64,000 bases of DNA. Origin: an uncultured Patescibacteria group bacterium. Lineage in GTDB: Bacteria; Patescibacteriota; Microgenomatia; UBA1400; PJMF01. The notes below the pieces were generated by a model. It was not told where the DNA came from and ran no database searches. It saw only the letters and a list, made by a program, of their open reading frames with translations. A program made the position numbers and the translations under genes. The stretch is taken from the NCBI GenBank assembly GCA_905478415.1, contig CAJQIG010000002.1, forward strand, positions 5,573 through 69,572, in the 5' to 3' direction. Numbering within the stretch: position 1 is the stretch's first letter; each line of letters opens with the position of its first letter. Below are positions 19,712 to 29,535 of the stretch, piece after piece.

Positions 19712-20512
19712 CTATTCTTCTGTATGTCGGTAAATAACCTTACCAGCAAACATCTTGATAACTTTATGACTCCACTCAACAAGCCAACGGATGCTATACC
19801 GAGGACTTTTTTTCTTTCCAGCCTTCTCTTCTTCTTCTGTAATAGGCAACACAATGACTGGCCTCGATGGGTAGTTGGTCGTTGCTTGTTCGGACGTCCC
19901 ATCAGCAATGACAACTTCTTGTGGCTCTTGTGCAGAAAAATCTTCAACTCTTTGTAAAAATCCTTCGACTTCAACGGGAACTTCGGGGTTTCTTTCTGTT
20001 TCTATATGTTGCACTGCCCCGCCCGCATCAACTGATGCTACATCTGGAGCTGCTGGTCGCTCAAAGTTTTCCTTAGCAGAAGCTGGAGCTGGGTTTGGAG
20101 GATTAAGTGGGTCTTCGACTTCCTGAATAGTCGACAGCACTGCTTGAGCGGCTGCGCCTTCTGAAGCCTGAGCTGGTTGAACTGTAGGGGCCACTGGTGT
20201 TGGCACAGGAGCGGGTGGCTCCACCGCAACAGGTACTTCTGGTTGGGGAGTAACAGGAGTATCTCCACTAGAGTTAACAATAGACTCAAGTAAATCGAGC
20301 GCATCACTACTAGTAGCTGGAACAGTTGGGGTTGCCGTCTGAACCGGAGTTTGAGATGGCGCTGGTGGTTGAGGAGCAGCTGGCTGCACTGGAGGTTGGG
20401 CAGGTTGAGGATCAGGCTGGGCAACTGGTTCCGGAGAAACTGCGGCTTGTCCTTGATCTGCTGGCTGTTGGCCACCAGTAAATGCTCCCATCATACTATT
20501 GGGGTCAATCAT
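19712..20512 (-). CDS. Pro/Ala/Gln-rich low-complexity protein immediately upstream of the VirB4-like gene
   Basis: PEPVAQPDPQPAQPPVQPAAPQPPAP...; its stop abuts the VirB4-like start. Start chosen at MIDPNS to avoid overlap with the DUF192 gene. Confidence 0.4.
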   Translation of the reverse strand: MIDPNSMMGAFTGGQQPADQGQAAVSPEPVAQPDPQPAQPPVQPAAPQPPAPSQTPVQTATPTVPATSSDALDLLESIVNSSGDTPVTPQPEVPVAVEPPAPVPTPVAPTVQPAQASEGAAAQAVLSTIQEVEDPLNPPNPAPASAKENFERPAAPDVASVDAGGAVQHIETERNPEVPVEVEGFLQRVEDFSAQEPQEVVIADGTSEQATTNYPSRPVIVLPITEEEEKAGKKKSPRYSIRWLVEWSHKVIKMFAGKVIYRHTEE

Positions 20513-20549
20513 TACACTCCATAATAGCACTTCTTGGCAGGCAAAAAAA

Positions 20550-21053
20550 TCAGTAATTACAGATAGTGCCGGGCACAATGCCAAGTTCAGCAGCTTTGCC
20601 AGCAGGAAGCTCTAGTACTCTATTGACTGGCTCTGATGGTGAATACGTTGGCAGCGCTTTCTGTTCTGGTTTTGGTTTTGGTACAGATGCTGAAATATCG
20701 ACAACTGTGTCATCATTCAACCACACAATATCAATATCGAACTTCATATCAGGCATCCAAAATCGTGGGGTTCTAAGCTCCGGAAATATAAAAAGCATGC
20801 CATCAGCTCCAATTTCCTCTCTGCCACTGAGTCCTTGGGTTGTGCTTTCTGGTGAGGTAACGACTTCCACCTCAAGTGGAATGGTTCCAACCATAATAGT
20901 TCGTCGCTCTCGATCTGTAAATGAAGTATCTACTTTACTCAAAGCTGCTTGCTGTGCCGCCATAGGAACTCCATTCTGTGTTTTATTAATCCAAAAGAAG
21001 ATGGTCAACAAAGAAAGTACTGCTAAACTACTAATCACTATTTTTTGCTTCAT
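20550..21053 (-). CDS. DUF192 family protein (secreted)
   Basis: Signal-like MKQKIVISSLAVLSLLTIFF. MLFIF...FWM...DIDIVWL matches the DUF192 core. Confidence 0.6.
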   Translation of the reverse strand: MKQKIVISSLAVLSLLTIFFWINKTQNGVPMAAQQAALSKVDTSFTDRERRTIMVGTIPLEVEVVTSPESTTQGLSGREEIGADGMLFIFPELRTPRFWMPDMKFDIDIVWLNDDTVVDISASVPKPKPEQKALPTYSPSEPVNRVLELPAGKAAELGIVPGTICNY

Positions 21054-21825
21054 ATACATTCCATTTGTAATTAAAAAACATCCATACTCCAAGTAGTATC
21101 AATAAAATAAGTTGATTTATTCCTAACATACCAAGTACTTGCGGCTTGTCTATTCGTAGAAAATCAAGCAAAAATCGAAATCCGGCGTAAAAACCAACCA
21201 GACTAAAAATAAAGGCTCCTGATCCCAATTTCCATGATTTCTGCTTTTTCCAAAGAAAGATACCAAACGCGACCATACCCAGAGCTTCATACAAAAAGAG
21301 AGGATGATACCGCTCGATGTTCTCAAAGTTAGGTAGACGATGTGTTGCTTCAATAAAAATACCCCAGGGAAGACTTGTTGGCCGCCCATACAACTCCTGG
21401 TTAATATAGTTGCCCCACCGACCAATAGCTTGTCCAAAAGGAAACCCTATGGCCGCACTATCCAAGAGAGCCCTGACTGGAATTTGAGAAAATTTCTTTT
21501 TTTGAAGAAAAAAGATAGTTATGCCTCCAAACAACAAACCACCTAGAATACTGAGACCACCATTCCAAATAGAAAAAATTGCCCTCCAATTATCAATGTA
21601 CAAATAGTAGTCGGTAACCACATGCCACAGTCGAGCTCCAAGAATACTCACTACAAGTACACCACCCGCAGCAGTATAAAATGATGATTCACTAATCGAA
21701 AACTTGTCTTTCAACCGAGAATAAGTAATCTGCAATCCGGTACTAATTGCAATTCCAAGGATGAGTCCATACAGATGAAACGTCACACCAGCTACTGTAA
21801 ATTCTGAAATCATATTAAAAAACAA
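21031..21825 (-). CDS. lgt: Prolipoprotein diacylglyceryl transferase
   Basis: Lgt signature GRWGNYINQELYG and a polytopic membrane profile. Confidence 0.85.
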   Translation of the reverse strand: MFFNMISEFTVAGVTFHLYGLILGIAISTGLQITYSRLKDKFSISESSFYTAAGGVLVVSILGARLWHVVTDYYLYIDNWRAIFSIWNGGLSILGGLLFGGITIFFLQKKKFSQIPVRALLDSAAIGFPFGQAIGRWGNYINQELYGRPTSLPWGIFIEATHRLPNFENIERYHPLFLYEALGMVAFGIFLWKKQKSWKLGSGAFIFSLVGFYAGFRFLLDFLRIDKPQVLGMLGINQLILLILLGVWMFFNYKWNVYEAKNSD

Positions 21826-22303
21826 ACAATTGTAAAACTAAGTACAGCCAAAAGAATAACAATCCACCTCTATACAGCTGTACTTGCTCAGCAGATACAG
21901 CTACTTTCAGTTGTGATAAAAATGTTGCATTAAAACTGTTCGTATCTCCTCCTAAAAATAACATTTCCAATAAAATACTCGAAAAAAGGCTAAAGTACAC
22001 GCCCATACCCATAGCACTTCCGGAAGAAGTTAGTAAAAAAATGCCAAGTGGAATCAAAGCCATCACAAACAACAATGAACGCGTCATCACTATTTTTTTC
22101 TGTACTCCTTGTTCTGCATACCGAGCCGCAAATACCTTTTGATCTAACACTAACAATGCTAATCCAAGTAGTGATCCTATAGAAAAAAGAGTTGCTTCTA
22201 GCCAAACTGAGCTGCCTAAACGAGCTACGAAAAAATAATAGGCGGCACTTGCCAACAGGGCCACAATAACTTGTACTACTATAACGAAGTTCGGTGATTT
22301 CAT
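21815..22303 (-). CDS. Hypothetical integral membrane protein
   Basis: Four to five hydrophobic helices. No motif. Confidence 0.4.
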   Translation of the reverse strand: MKSPNFVIVVQVIVALLASAAYYFFVARLGSSVWLEATLFSIGSLLGLALLVLDQKVFAARYAEQGVQKKIVMTRSLLFVMALIPLGIFLLTSSGSAMGMGVYFSLFSSILLEMLFLGGDTNSFNATFLSQLKVAVSAEQVQLYRGGLLFFWLYLVLQLFVF

Positions 22304-22308
22304 AAGAG

Positions 22309-23601
22309 TTACTTTGCTAATTTATATCGTAACACAAGTGCAACATTGGCATTAATTTTTTCTCGGAATGCATATGAATCGTGAAACTCTCTCAGTAGTC
22401 TCTCGTGCACAATTTTTAGTTCTGACTGTGGAACTCCATCACCAAACACAAGCACGGTATTACCTGCTTCGATAGCTTGCAAAGCGACATCTTCAAGGAA
22501 TACTGTTTCGTTATCAACTCCTGTAGCTTTCATTTCTAAAGCATCGGTAAAAGTTAAAACTTGTGGATACTTTTCATACAGTTGTCCCACACAATCTTTA
22601 CTGAGTGAACATGGAGCAGTAGCATTTTGATTTTCTACACCAACGTGACTGGTCATGACACCGCTGTATGGATACACGTCTAAAATTGTTGAATAGAGTT
22701 CGACATCATCATCGGTGACCGTCACCGTATCAAAACTTGTGTGCAGATCTTTTTTTGCACCCCCAATTCCTGGAAAATGTTTGAGAACAGGCAGCACTTT
22801 GAACTCATTAAAGATTGATACGAACTCCGTTGAGGCCTCATAAATCACCAGTGGTTCATTTGAACAAATACGAGTCTTAAGAATCGGGTGGTTCTTCGCA
22901 CTATCAAGCATTGGCGCTAACACCGCATCCACACCGACATCATGCAACTCAGTTGCAGATTGTGTAAGTAAAGCTACTCGATCTTCTGACTGCATTTGAC
23001 ACTGTTCTTGCCAACTTGGGAGATCAGTAAAACCTGTTCCACTAAACCTCTGAACACTACCTCCTTCGTGGTCAACTAGGATCCATCGGGGAACTGGCCC
23101 CAATGAGGTTTCTTTTAAGAAAGAAATTATTTTCTGTCCCTGAAAAAAAGATATGTTCGAACCAAACAGTGTCGCAAAACCCCAGTTTTCTAGAAATAAT
23201 GGCTGGGCTGACGACCCAGCAGCATCACCAGTGGGAGTCGTCTCCCCCGTTAGGAAGCCCACATAGGCAGGAGAAGTGTCTCCAGATACAGCCTCTGCAA
23301 GGGCAGACATACTGGCTGACATTTCTTCAGCATCAATGGGAACAGCAATCAATTGTGCAATTTTATCTTCCGGAGAAAAGGTGGCAACAAGTGCTTCAAT
23401 TTCTTCTTGAGTATCGGTAACATTCACTGTGTTTTGAATTGGTTCTTGAGAAGCGATCTCTTCAGAAATTCCTTGCTTCTCCGGCATGAACTCTAATTCC
23501 GAGAACGGTTTAAAGAAATAGTTTGCACCCATTAACACAGCCATGACAGCCAAGATTGCAATGAGTATATAGGTGGTAATAGGAGACTTTTTGCTACTCA
23601 T
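22309..23601 (-). CDS. Glycoside hydrolase family 3 N-terminal-domain protein (beta-N-acetylhexosaminidase, NagZ-like), membrane-anchored
   Basis: N-terminal TM. GH3 motif LKHFPGIGGAKKDLHTS is present (KHFPGHG...D.H). Confidence 0.7.
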   Translation of the reverse strand: MSSKKSPITTYILIAILAVMAVLMGANYFFKPFSELEFMPEKQGISEEIASQEPIQNTVNVTDTQEEIEALVATFSPEDKIAQLIAVPIDAEEMSASMSALAEAVSGDTSPAYVGFLTGETTPTGDAAGSSAQPLFLENWGFATLFGSNISFFQGQKIISFLKETSLGPVPRWILVDHEGGSVQRFSGTGFTDLPSWQEQCQMQSEDRVALLTQSATELHDVGVDAVLAPMLDSAKNHPILKTRICSNEPLVIYEASTEFVSIFNEFKVLPVLKHFPGIGGAKKDLHTSFDTVTVTDDDVELYSTILDVYPYSGVMTSHVGVENQNATAPCSLSKDCVGQLYEKYPQVLTFTDALEMKATGVDNETVFLEDVALQAIEAGNTVLVFGDGVPQSELKIVHERLLREFHDSYAFREKINANVALVLRYKLAK

Positions 23602-23924
23602 AAAAGTGGTATCTGTTTAGCATTAGCAGTTTTTTTATTTTTACTCTCAGTCTTTAGTTGTGAAACTTTCCACATAAAGAGCTTTGCTTTGCTTTTTGCT
23701 GACGCTGCATCTGAAACAAAACTCAGAGCTCGTTCAAGAATGCTTCGGTCAACTTCCTTTGCCATCTTCATGTATAAAGACTTATGTTTTAAATCATTGA
23801 GCTTGACTGCCAGTTGGTATCCAAAATCTTGGAATTCCTGACTGATATATTTATTTTTCGTGACAGTATACTCGGTAAATAAATCACCTATACCTGAAAA
23901 TCCACTGTCTTTCTTTTTAGCCAT
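23598..23924 (-). CDS. Hypothetical protein
   Basis: 108-aa basic ORF in an operon-like arrangement. No motif. Confidence 0.35.
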   Translation of the reverse strand: MAKKKDSGFSGIGDLFTEYTVTKNKYISQEFQDFGYQLAVKLNDLKHKSLYMKMAKEVDRSILERALSFVSDAASAKSKAKLFMWKVSQLKTESKNKKTANAKQIPLL

Positions 23925-25152
23925 CTAAGCTTTCTTTGTCTTTCATGAGGACCGAGAGTGATACTCCAATTGCTGCGAATAAAAAGAGAGAGTCCCAGCC
24001 AAGACCAACAACGAAAAATGTTGCAAAAATTGACCAAAAACAAATTGACGTAATATTTAGTATTATTTCTCGATACACAAAGTATGAAAGAGCATTTCTT
24101 CCCTTACCTCGCTTCATCATAATCATGTCATAAAAAAGCCAGTGAAAGTTCGAGGTCAGTCTATCAACAACATCAATAATCGCAATACCCAAAATCGATA
24201 AAAATTGTGTACGTATCAGCCAAAGTGCTGTTAAGACACCCCCACTTAAAAGGAATGGCTTTCGACTTTTTGTATGGTCAATATAGACACTGACAAAAAA
24301 GGTAAACATCATGGCAATAAAAAGTGAGATGGTGTAAAGGTACCCAACTTTATCTACTGAACCCAAAAAGATAAACACATAGAGTGGCCATACATAGAGC
24401 GCTGCGTCATTAATATACCTTCCTGCCAATGAAATAGTAAATTTTTTAAATCGATTTTCCTTGAGCCAAGTAAAGAATTCTTTATACGATACCGTATCCT
24501 TCTGATACTTGAGTGTCATCTGGAGTGTCAAGATAAACCCAATCAAGTTTCCTACTAAAGCCACCAAAAATAAAGATTCTAATCCGGAAACCAAGGCTAT
24601 ATAGCCACTAATAGCTGGGCTGACAACTGCAACCAATTGAAGCAAGAACTGCAAAATTCCCAGATCCTGCCCCATATTATTCTTAAGTGTGTTCTGTGAA
24701 AGAACAGTGTAGTAACTTGGCCAAAACATACTCGACTGAACACCATCAAATAACACAGCTAAAAAAATGGTCCAAGGTGTAGTTGCACTCACAAACATAA
24801 ATAACAAAGCTATTAAACGAAGTACATATGAAAAAATCATTGATTTTTGATACCCAACTCGACCAGTCATTTGGGCAATGGGAATAGCGAATAGAGCCCC
24901 AATAATTCCATATAATACGTAGTGAACGCCCAAAGCCAAAATGCCCTGAGTGAAGGCGGGAAGTCCTGTAAAGGCGTATAAACCGCTAGTGTTCCCAAGT
25001 TGAAAGAGGTAAATAGGTAGAAAGAAGAAAGCTAATTTATTAACTAAGTCACGAGCTACTCGAACACCGTATAAGTAGCGCAAGTTAGTACTATCGTCCG
25101 AGTGAATATGGATATGTGGTAAATGAAGATGATGGTCTCGATATCTTGGCAT
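23917..25152 (-). CDS. MFS-type transporter
   Basis: About 12 predicted TM helices in 6+6 organisation. Confidence 0.6.
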   Translation of the reverse strand: MPRYRDHHLHLPHIHIHSDDSTNLRYLYGVRVARDLVNKLAFFFLPIYLFQLGNTSGLYAFTGLPAFTQGILALGVHYVLYGIIGALFAIPIAQMTGRVGYQKSMIFSYVLRLIALLFMFVSATTPWTIFLAVLFDGVQSSMFWPSYYTVLSQNTLKNNMGQDLGILQFLLQLVAVVSPAISGYIALVSGLESLFLVALVGNLIGFILTLQMTLKYQKDTVSYKEFFTWLKENRFKKFTISLAGRYINDAALYVWPLYVFIFLGSVDKVGYLYTISLFIAMMFTFFVSVYIDHTKSRKPFLLSGGVLTALWLIRTQFLSILGIAIIDVVDRLTSNFHWLFYDMIMMKRGKGRNALSYFVYREIILNITSICFWSIFATFFVVGLGWDSLFLFAAIGVSLSVLMKDKESLDG

Positions 25153-25206
25153 ACTTCATGGTAACAAACTTACTGACACTATGAAATAGGACAGTACACA
25201 ACTGAG

Positions 25207-25749
25207 TTAAGAAATTTTTTCCACAATTTCTGGAACTATGGATTCCAGTAAGATTCGCTTAAAAGTAGCTTCTTCTTCCAAAGAAAAGTTCTGTAATACA
25301 TATGAGTGACCCGGAATCGATCTATCTCCATTTCGACCATCAATACCCAGGCGTGCATACCAAAAATGCTCAATTCCAAGATATGATTGTACTGACTGAA
25401 TACCATTGTGAACTTTTGGACTTTTGTTTTTCTGAACTTTATACTCTCCAAAAGCAATATCAAGATCATCATGCAAAACAATGATATTTTCATCGAGAGG
25501 CTGTGTAATTTTGTCCTTGAAGAAATCTAAGACCGCTCTCACTGCTCGACCAGACTCATTCATAAATGTCTGTGGTTTCACTAAAATATACTCATTATTC
25601 TTAGTAATTTCTGCTTGAAGATTTTTTTTGAAGGAGAACTCTGGTAAACCCAATGTAGCCTGCAGTACATCTAATGCAATAAAACCCGCATTGTGACGTG
25701 TCCGAAGGTACTTAAATCCAGGGTTACCCAAACCAATAATAAGTTTCAT
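25207..25749 (-). CDS. pth: Peptidyl-tRNA hydrolase
   Basis: MKLIIGLGNPGFKYLRTRHNAGF is the canonical Pth N-terminus, so the start is set at that Met rather than the track's upstream start. Confidence 0.9.
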   Translation of the reverse strand: MKLIIGLGNPGFKYLRTRHNAGFIALDVLQATLGLPEFSFKKNLQAEITKNNEYILVKPQTFMNESGRAVRAVLDFFKDKITQPLDENIIVLHDDLDIAFGEYKVQKNKSPKVHNGIQSVQSYLGIEHFWYARLGIDGRNGDRSIPGHSYVLQNFSLEEEATFKRILLESIVPEIVEKIS

Positions 25750-25784
25750 ACTCTGTATTGTAACAGTGTTGTATACTGGAGACC

Positions 25785-26654
25785 ATGCAAAAAGCTCAGC
25801 AAACAAAGAAACCATTTTTCTCCATTATTATTCCCAGTCTTAACGAAGAGAAGTATCTCCCTCTGCTGTTAGAGGATTTGGCGCAACAAACATTTACCAA
25901 CTTTGAGGTTATTCATGTAGATGGAAACTCTGAAGACAAAACGGTTGCTGCTGCCACTGCTTTTTCAAAAAAACTCACAATCACGAGCACTGTTACTACA
26001 GTACAAAATGTCAGTCATCAGCGAAACCTTGGCATTGAGGAAGCCAATGCTAACTGGCTTATTTTTATGGACTCCGATAATAGGCTGCCTGCTTTTTTCC
26101 TCGAGGGAATTAAGTATCACCTTACTAAGAACAAAAAAATTGATCTGTTTACAACACTCATTGACGTCGAACAATACTCTATTGCAAACAAATCAATCAT
26201 GATTTTAACTAATGTTCTCTTAGAAATCCTTGCCAAGGTTAAGCCATCTGGCCCTGGGTCTATGATAGGTGTCCGAAAAAAACTTGCTAAAAAGTTTCCT
26301 TTCGATACTACTGTGCCTCTCTCTGAGGACCACCTCTTTATAGAAACGCTCACACAAGATGGCCATACATTTGTGTGTCTCAAAGACCCTCAATATGAGT
26401 ACTCTCTGAGAAGACTTGAACAGAACGGAACGTTAAAAACTATTAGAATGAATACTACCATTTACTTAAAATATTTTTTAGGACTTGATCTTGAACACGA
26501 AAGTCGAGAATATCCTATGAATGGTGGTGGATCATACTCCCCTAAAGATATTTCAAAACTCAAGCAACTCTTAAATATAAATAAACTCAACGAAAAAATA
26601 CTTCCTTTTAACCTGATAAAGAAACTCCTCAAATCAATTTCCGAACAACTGTAA
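25785..26654 (+). CDS. Family 2 glycosyltransferase
   Basis: FSIIIPSLNEEKYL...DGNSED...FMDSDN matches GT2 DxD-type motifs. Confidence 0.75.
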   Translation: MQKAQQTKKPFFSIIIPSLNEEKYLPLLLEDLAQQTFTNFEVIHVDGNSEDKTVAAATAFSKKLTITSTVTTVQNVSHQRNLGIEEANANWLIFMDSDNRLPAFFLEGIKYHLTKNKKIDLFTTLIDVEQYSIANKSIMILTNVLLEILAKVKPSGPGSMIGVRKKLAKKFPFDTTVPLSEDHLFIETLTQDGHTFVCLKDPQYEYSLRRLEQNGTLKTIRMNTTIYLKYFLGLDLEHESREYPMNGGGSYSPKDISKLKQLLNINKLNEKILPFNLIKKLLKSISEQL

Positions 26655-27738
26655 GCAGCCGCTGTCCACTTTTTTTGTTATCATCAGCAACTGCTGCTAC
26701 TGATTTCTCAAATGGATCTAAGAGTGAGGGATCAGTAATAATAGATTCAAGCAACTTGCTGGCCCCAATTAGACTTTCTTCGACAAAGCCGAGTTTTTGG
26801 TTTTGAATAATTTCTAAGTTGATATCTTCTTGGCCTGCTACATGGGTAATTGCAAAAAATGGAGTCTTCGTAGCGATACTTTCAAACAGCATATTCGGAC
26901 CTGCTTTACCAACCACAATATCAGCAGCTTGCATATGTTCGTGAATCTTCTTTGTAAAGCCAAGGACGCGAACCTCGATATCTGGAGAAATTTTCTTGAT
27001 AAATTTAGATAAAATAGAAACTTGCTCAGATAACAGCTTACTCTTACCGCAAGCAACAGTAATAACTGCTGCTTCATTCACTCTCAAGAGTGACGGTAGT
27101 ATTTTTGTAATCGCGCTGGTTCCTTCTGATCCAGATGCAATCAAAACATGAAATGTGTCTGAAGAAATGTTGTATTTTTTCCTCATGGCTGTTGGTGAAT
27201 AGTCTGCTTCAAACCGAGGACGAACAAACCAACCAGTAGTATAAAAAGTTGCTTCAGGGTATTTTTCTTCTAAATCAAACCGAGTCTCGTCATTTATGAC
27301 CAAGTTATAATCTGCTTTCAAAGCTATCTCGGCAGGGTGAGAAACACCAGGGTTTGCAAGGACATTAAGCAAAGGTAGTGCTTTTTGCTTGCAAATTTTT
27401 TCAAGTGAAGAATTGTAAACAAAATTGGTATTAATACAGAGATCTGGCTTTTCTTTCTCAATAAATGCCTCTATATCACCTGCAAATTTTCGATGTGACA
27501 AACTCGAAAACACATCAGTGACCTTCTGCATTTTACTCAGAGTATACGGCACACTAAATACTGATGGGGCAAATTTGTAAATCATGCCGTACTCTTTCAT
27601 GAGTACCGAGTTCGAAAAAAACTGAACAACTTCAAATTCATCACCCGCTAACTGCTCAATTTTTTGAGTTACTGCTTCGGCAATGCTGAGGTGTCCTTGG
27701 GGTGTTGTAAAAACTGCAATTTTTTTCTTTTTTGACAT
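26629..27738 (-). CDS. GT28-family glycosyltransferase (MGDG synthase / MurG-like, probable glycolipid synthase)
   Basis: N-terminus KKKIAVFTTPQGHLSIAEAV resembles the MGDG-synthase N-domain. A C-terminal GT-B fold region follows. Confidence 0.55.
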   Translation of the reverse strand: MSKKKKIAVFTTPQGHLSIAEAVTQKIEQLAGDEFEVVQFFSNSVLMKEYGMIYKFAPSVFSVPYTLSKMQKVTDVFSSLSHRKFAGDIEAFIEKEKPDLCINTNFVYNSSLEKICKQKALPLLNVLANPGVSHPAEIALKADYNLVINDETRFDLEEKYPEATFYTTGWFVRPRFEADYSPTAMRKKYNISSDTFHVLIASGSEGTSAITKILPSLLRVNEAAVITVACGKSKLLSEQVSILSKFIKKISPDIEVRVLGFTKKIHEHMQAADIVVGKAGPNMLFESIATKTPFFAITHVAGQEDINLEIIQNQKLGFVEESLIGASKLLESIITDPSLLDPFEKSVAAVADDNKKSGQRLLTVVRKLI

Positions 27739-27823
27739 ACTTCTATTATACAGTACTCTACAAACTCAAAACTTTTTAAAAACTTGAGTGGGTAAAAAAA
27801 AAGCAATGGTATACTAAGTACAT

Positions 27824-29032
27824 ATGATTGAAACTCAGCAAGTACCAGATTCGGTAGTCCTAACGCATGCTGAAAATAAAGAAAAAAACCTGAGTCCACA
27901 CGTCTATTGGCTTTCTGGGCTCACTGGCACTGAAAATAGTGGAGCTGCAATGAAGCCAGCTCTTGAGGAAGAACTCAAAAAAACATCTAGTGTTGATGAT
28001 GGTCCAGACGAAGAACGTGTCACCTACCTCCACAGTGTTGCCTCATCCCAAAAAACTGAAACAACTCCAAATTCTCCAGAAAACAGATACATAAAGTACG
28101 CCAAAGAAATTGTGGAACGACTTGAAAATAATCAGGAAACCACTATCGTTGCCCATTCATTTGGAGCTCAAGAATTCCATGTTTTGCTTACAGAACTTGA
28201 AAAACATGAATCGTTTGCTGAGCACCTAGATAAACTAACCTTAGTGTTACTCGCTCCCTACGGCGTTATTGAATCAACAAAACAGCTTCCTCGTCTTTTA
28301 AGATTTGTTGAAATTGTTCGTGCTCAGATGCCGATTGGCCCACTCAATAGTTTTAGGCAAGGACTTGAATCTTTAAGCTACTTACCACCAGCAACTATTG
28401 ATGAATCGACTCTCGAGGAAAGTATGCGTTTGCTGTTTGCAGACGCCTCGCAATACGAACAACTTCCAGAACAAAATGAAGTTGCAACTTTTAGAACGAT
28501 TAGACGTGGAGAAGGGTTCTTCACCACACTACCACCGGAACGCCAAGAAGAAATAAAAGCAAAAATTACTAAAATTGATGAACAAATGGCCACAGCAATT
28601 AAGAAAAAAAACTGGTTTATCTATAAACACCTTTTGAGAAGACGAGGCAAACTTCTCCGAAAAGAAATGGAAGAGGCTTACAAAGGCGGCATCGAGATTC
28701 CAGAACAAGGACTTGGTGAAATGTATAAAACCATGGCTCAAGCACAACTTGGTCTAACAGGTATGTACAACGCAACACTGAATGGAGAAGCCTTCCAACA
28801 TATTCAGTCGCTCACAACTCCAAACAAACTTGGTAAAAAAGTGAAAATTAGAGCCATTATTCCAGAATTTGATGTCATCTACTCGGTCGATGAACTACAA
28901 ACACTCCTAAAACTTTCTGAAGAAGAAGTTTTAGATAGTATCGCAGTACTCTCGGCAACAACACACAACTCGATGGCACTTAATTCTCGGGGACTGGCTG
29001 AAGCGGTTACTCACTTGATCAAAAATACCTAG
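27824..29032 (+). CDS. Hypothetical protein, possible alpha/beta hydrolase fold
   Basis: Nucleophile-elbow-like TIVAHSFGAQE. Otherwise no motif. Confidence 0.3.
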   Translation: MIETQQVPDSVVLTHAENKEKNLSPHVYWLSGLTGTENSGAAMKPALEEELKKTSSVDDGPDEERVTYLHSVASSQKTETTPNSPENRYIKYAKEIVERLENNQETTIVAHSFGAQEFHVLLTELEKHESFAEHLDKLTLVLLAPYGVIESTKQLPRLLRFVEIVRAQMPIGPLNSFRQGLESLSYLPPATIDESTLEESMRLLFADASQYEQLPEQNEVATFRTIRRGEGFFTTLPPERQEEIKAKITKIDEQMATAIKKKNWFIYKHLLRRRGKLLRKEMEEAYKGGIEIPEQGLGEMYKTMAQAQLGLTGMYNATLNGEAFQHIQSLTTPNKLGKKVKIRAIIPEFDVIYSVDELQTLLKLSEEEVLDSIAVLSATTHNSMALNSRGLAEAVTHLIKNT

Positions 29033-29535
29033 TCTGCTTTCTCCACCACATATCTATCATCTTCAACAGTAACTGCAACTGCATCACTGCTGATAAGTTG
29101 TTTTGTAAACATCTCTCTTCCAGCGGGAAGTATCCATCCTGAAGAAAGTTTTGGTGAATAGAATTTTTTCACATGCCCTCGAATTAATAACTCCTCTATA
29201 ACTTTAGAAACAACTCGCGGTATATACAAACTACTATTTTCTGTTGCATCCCCCATCCTGCTGCGATGTGAGTTGCTCACATGAAACAGATAAAACGATT
29301 CTGGATCATTTGCAGCGACTGATCCATCTATGACTCCCAGCTGAGTCCCGTCGGGTTTACAAATACCAAAAGCTTGAGTAATTCTTTCAGTGTCAGCTAA
29401 CTGACTTGTAGCTTGTAACTTTCTTACTTCGATTTCTATACCAGATAAAGTTAATGAAAACAATGTTTCTTGAGGGCCTTCTAAGTCTTCAAGATTCCAA
29501 CCGGCTAAGTGAGAAAAAATCTGTCGCTCAATCAT
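29029..29535 (-). CDS. Hypothetical protein co-transcribed downstream of the DNA ligase
   Basis: 168-aa ORF whose start overlaps the ligase stop. No LigD PE or Pol motifs recognised. Confidence 0.35.
   Translation of the reverse strand: MIERQIFSHLAGWNLEDLEGPQETLFSLTLSGIEIEVRKLQATSQLADTERITQAFGICKPDGTQLGVIDGSVAANDPESFYLFHVSNSHRSRMGDATENSSLYIPRVVSKVIEELLIRGHVKKFYSPKLSSGWILPAGREMFTKQLISSDAVAVTVEDDRYVVEKAD

Noticed and set aside
20038-20475. 145-aa Q/L-rich minus-strand ORF
   Set aside because: It is an alternative frame of the Pro/Ala/Gln-rich low-complexity gene 19712-20512, not an independent gene.
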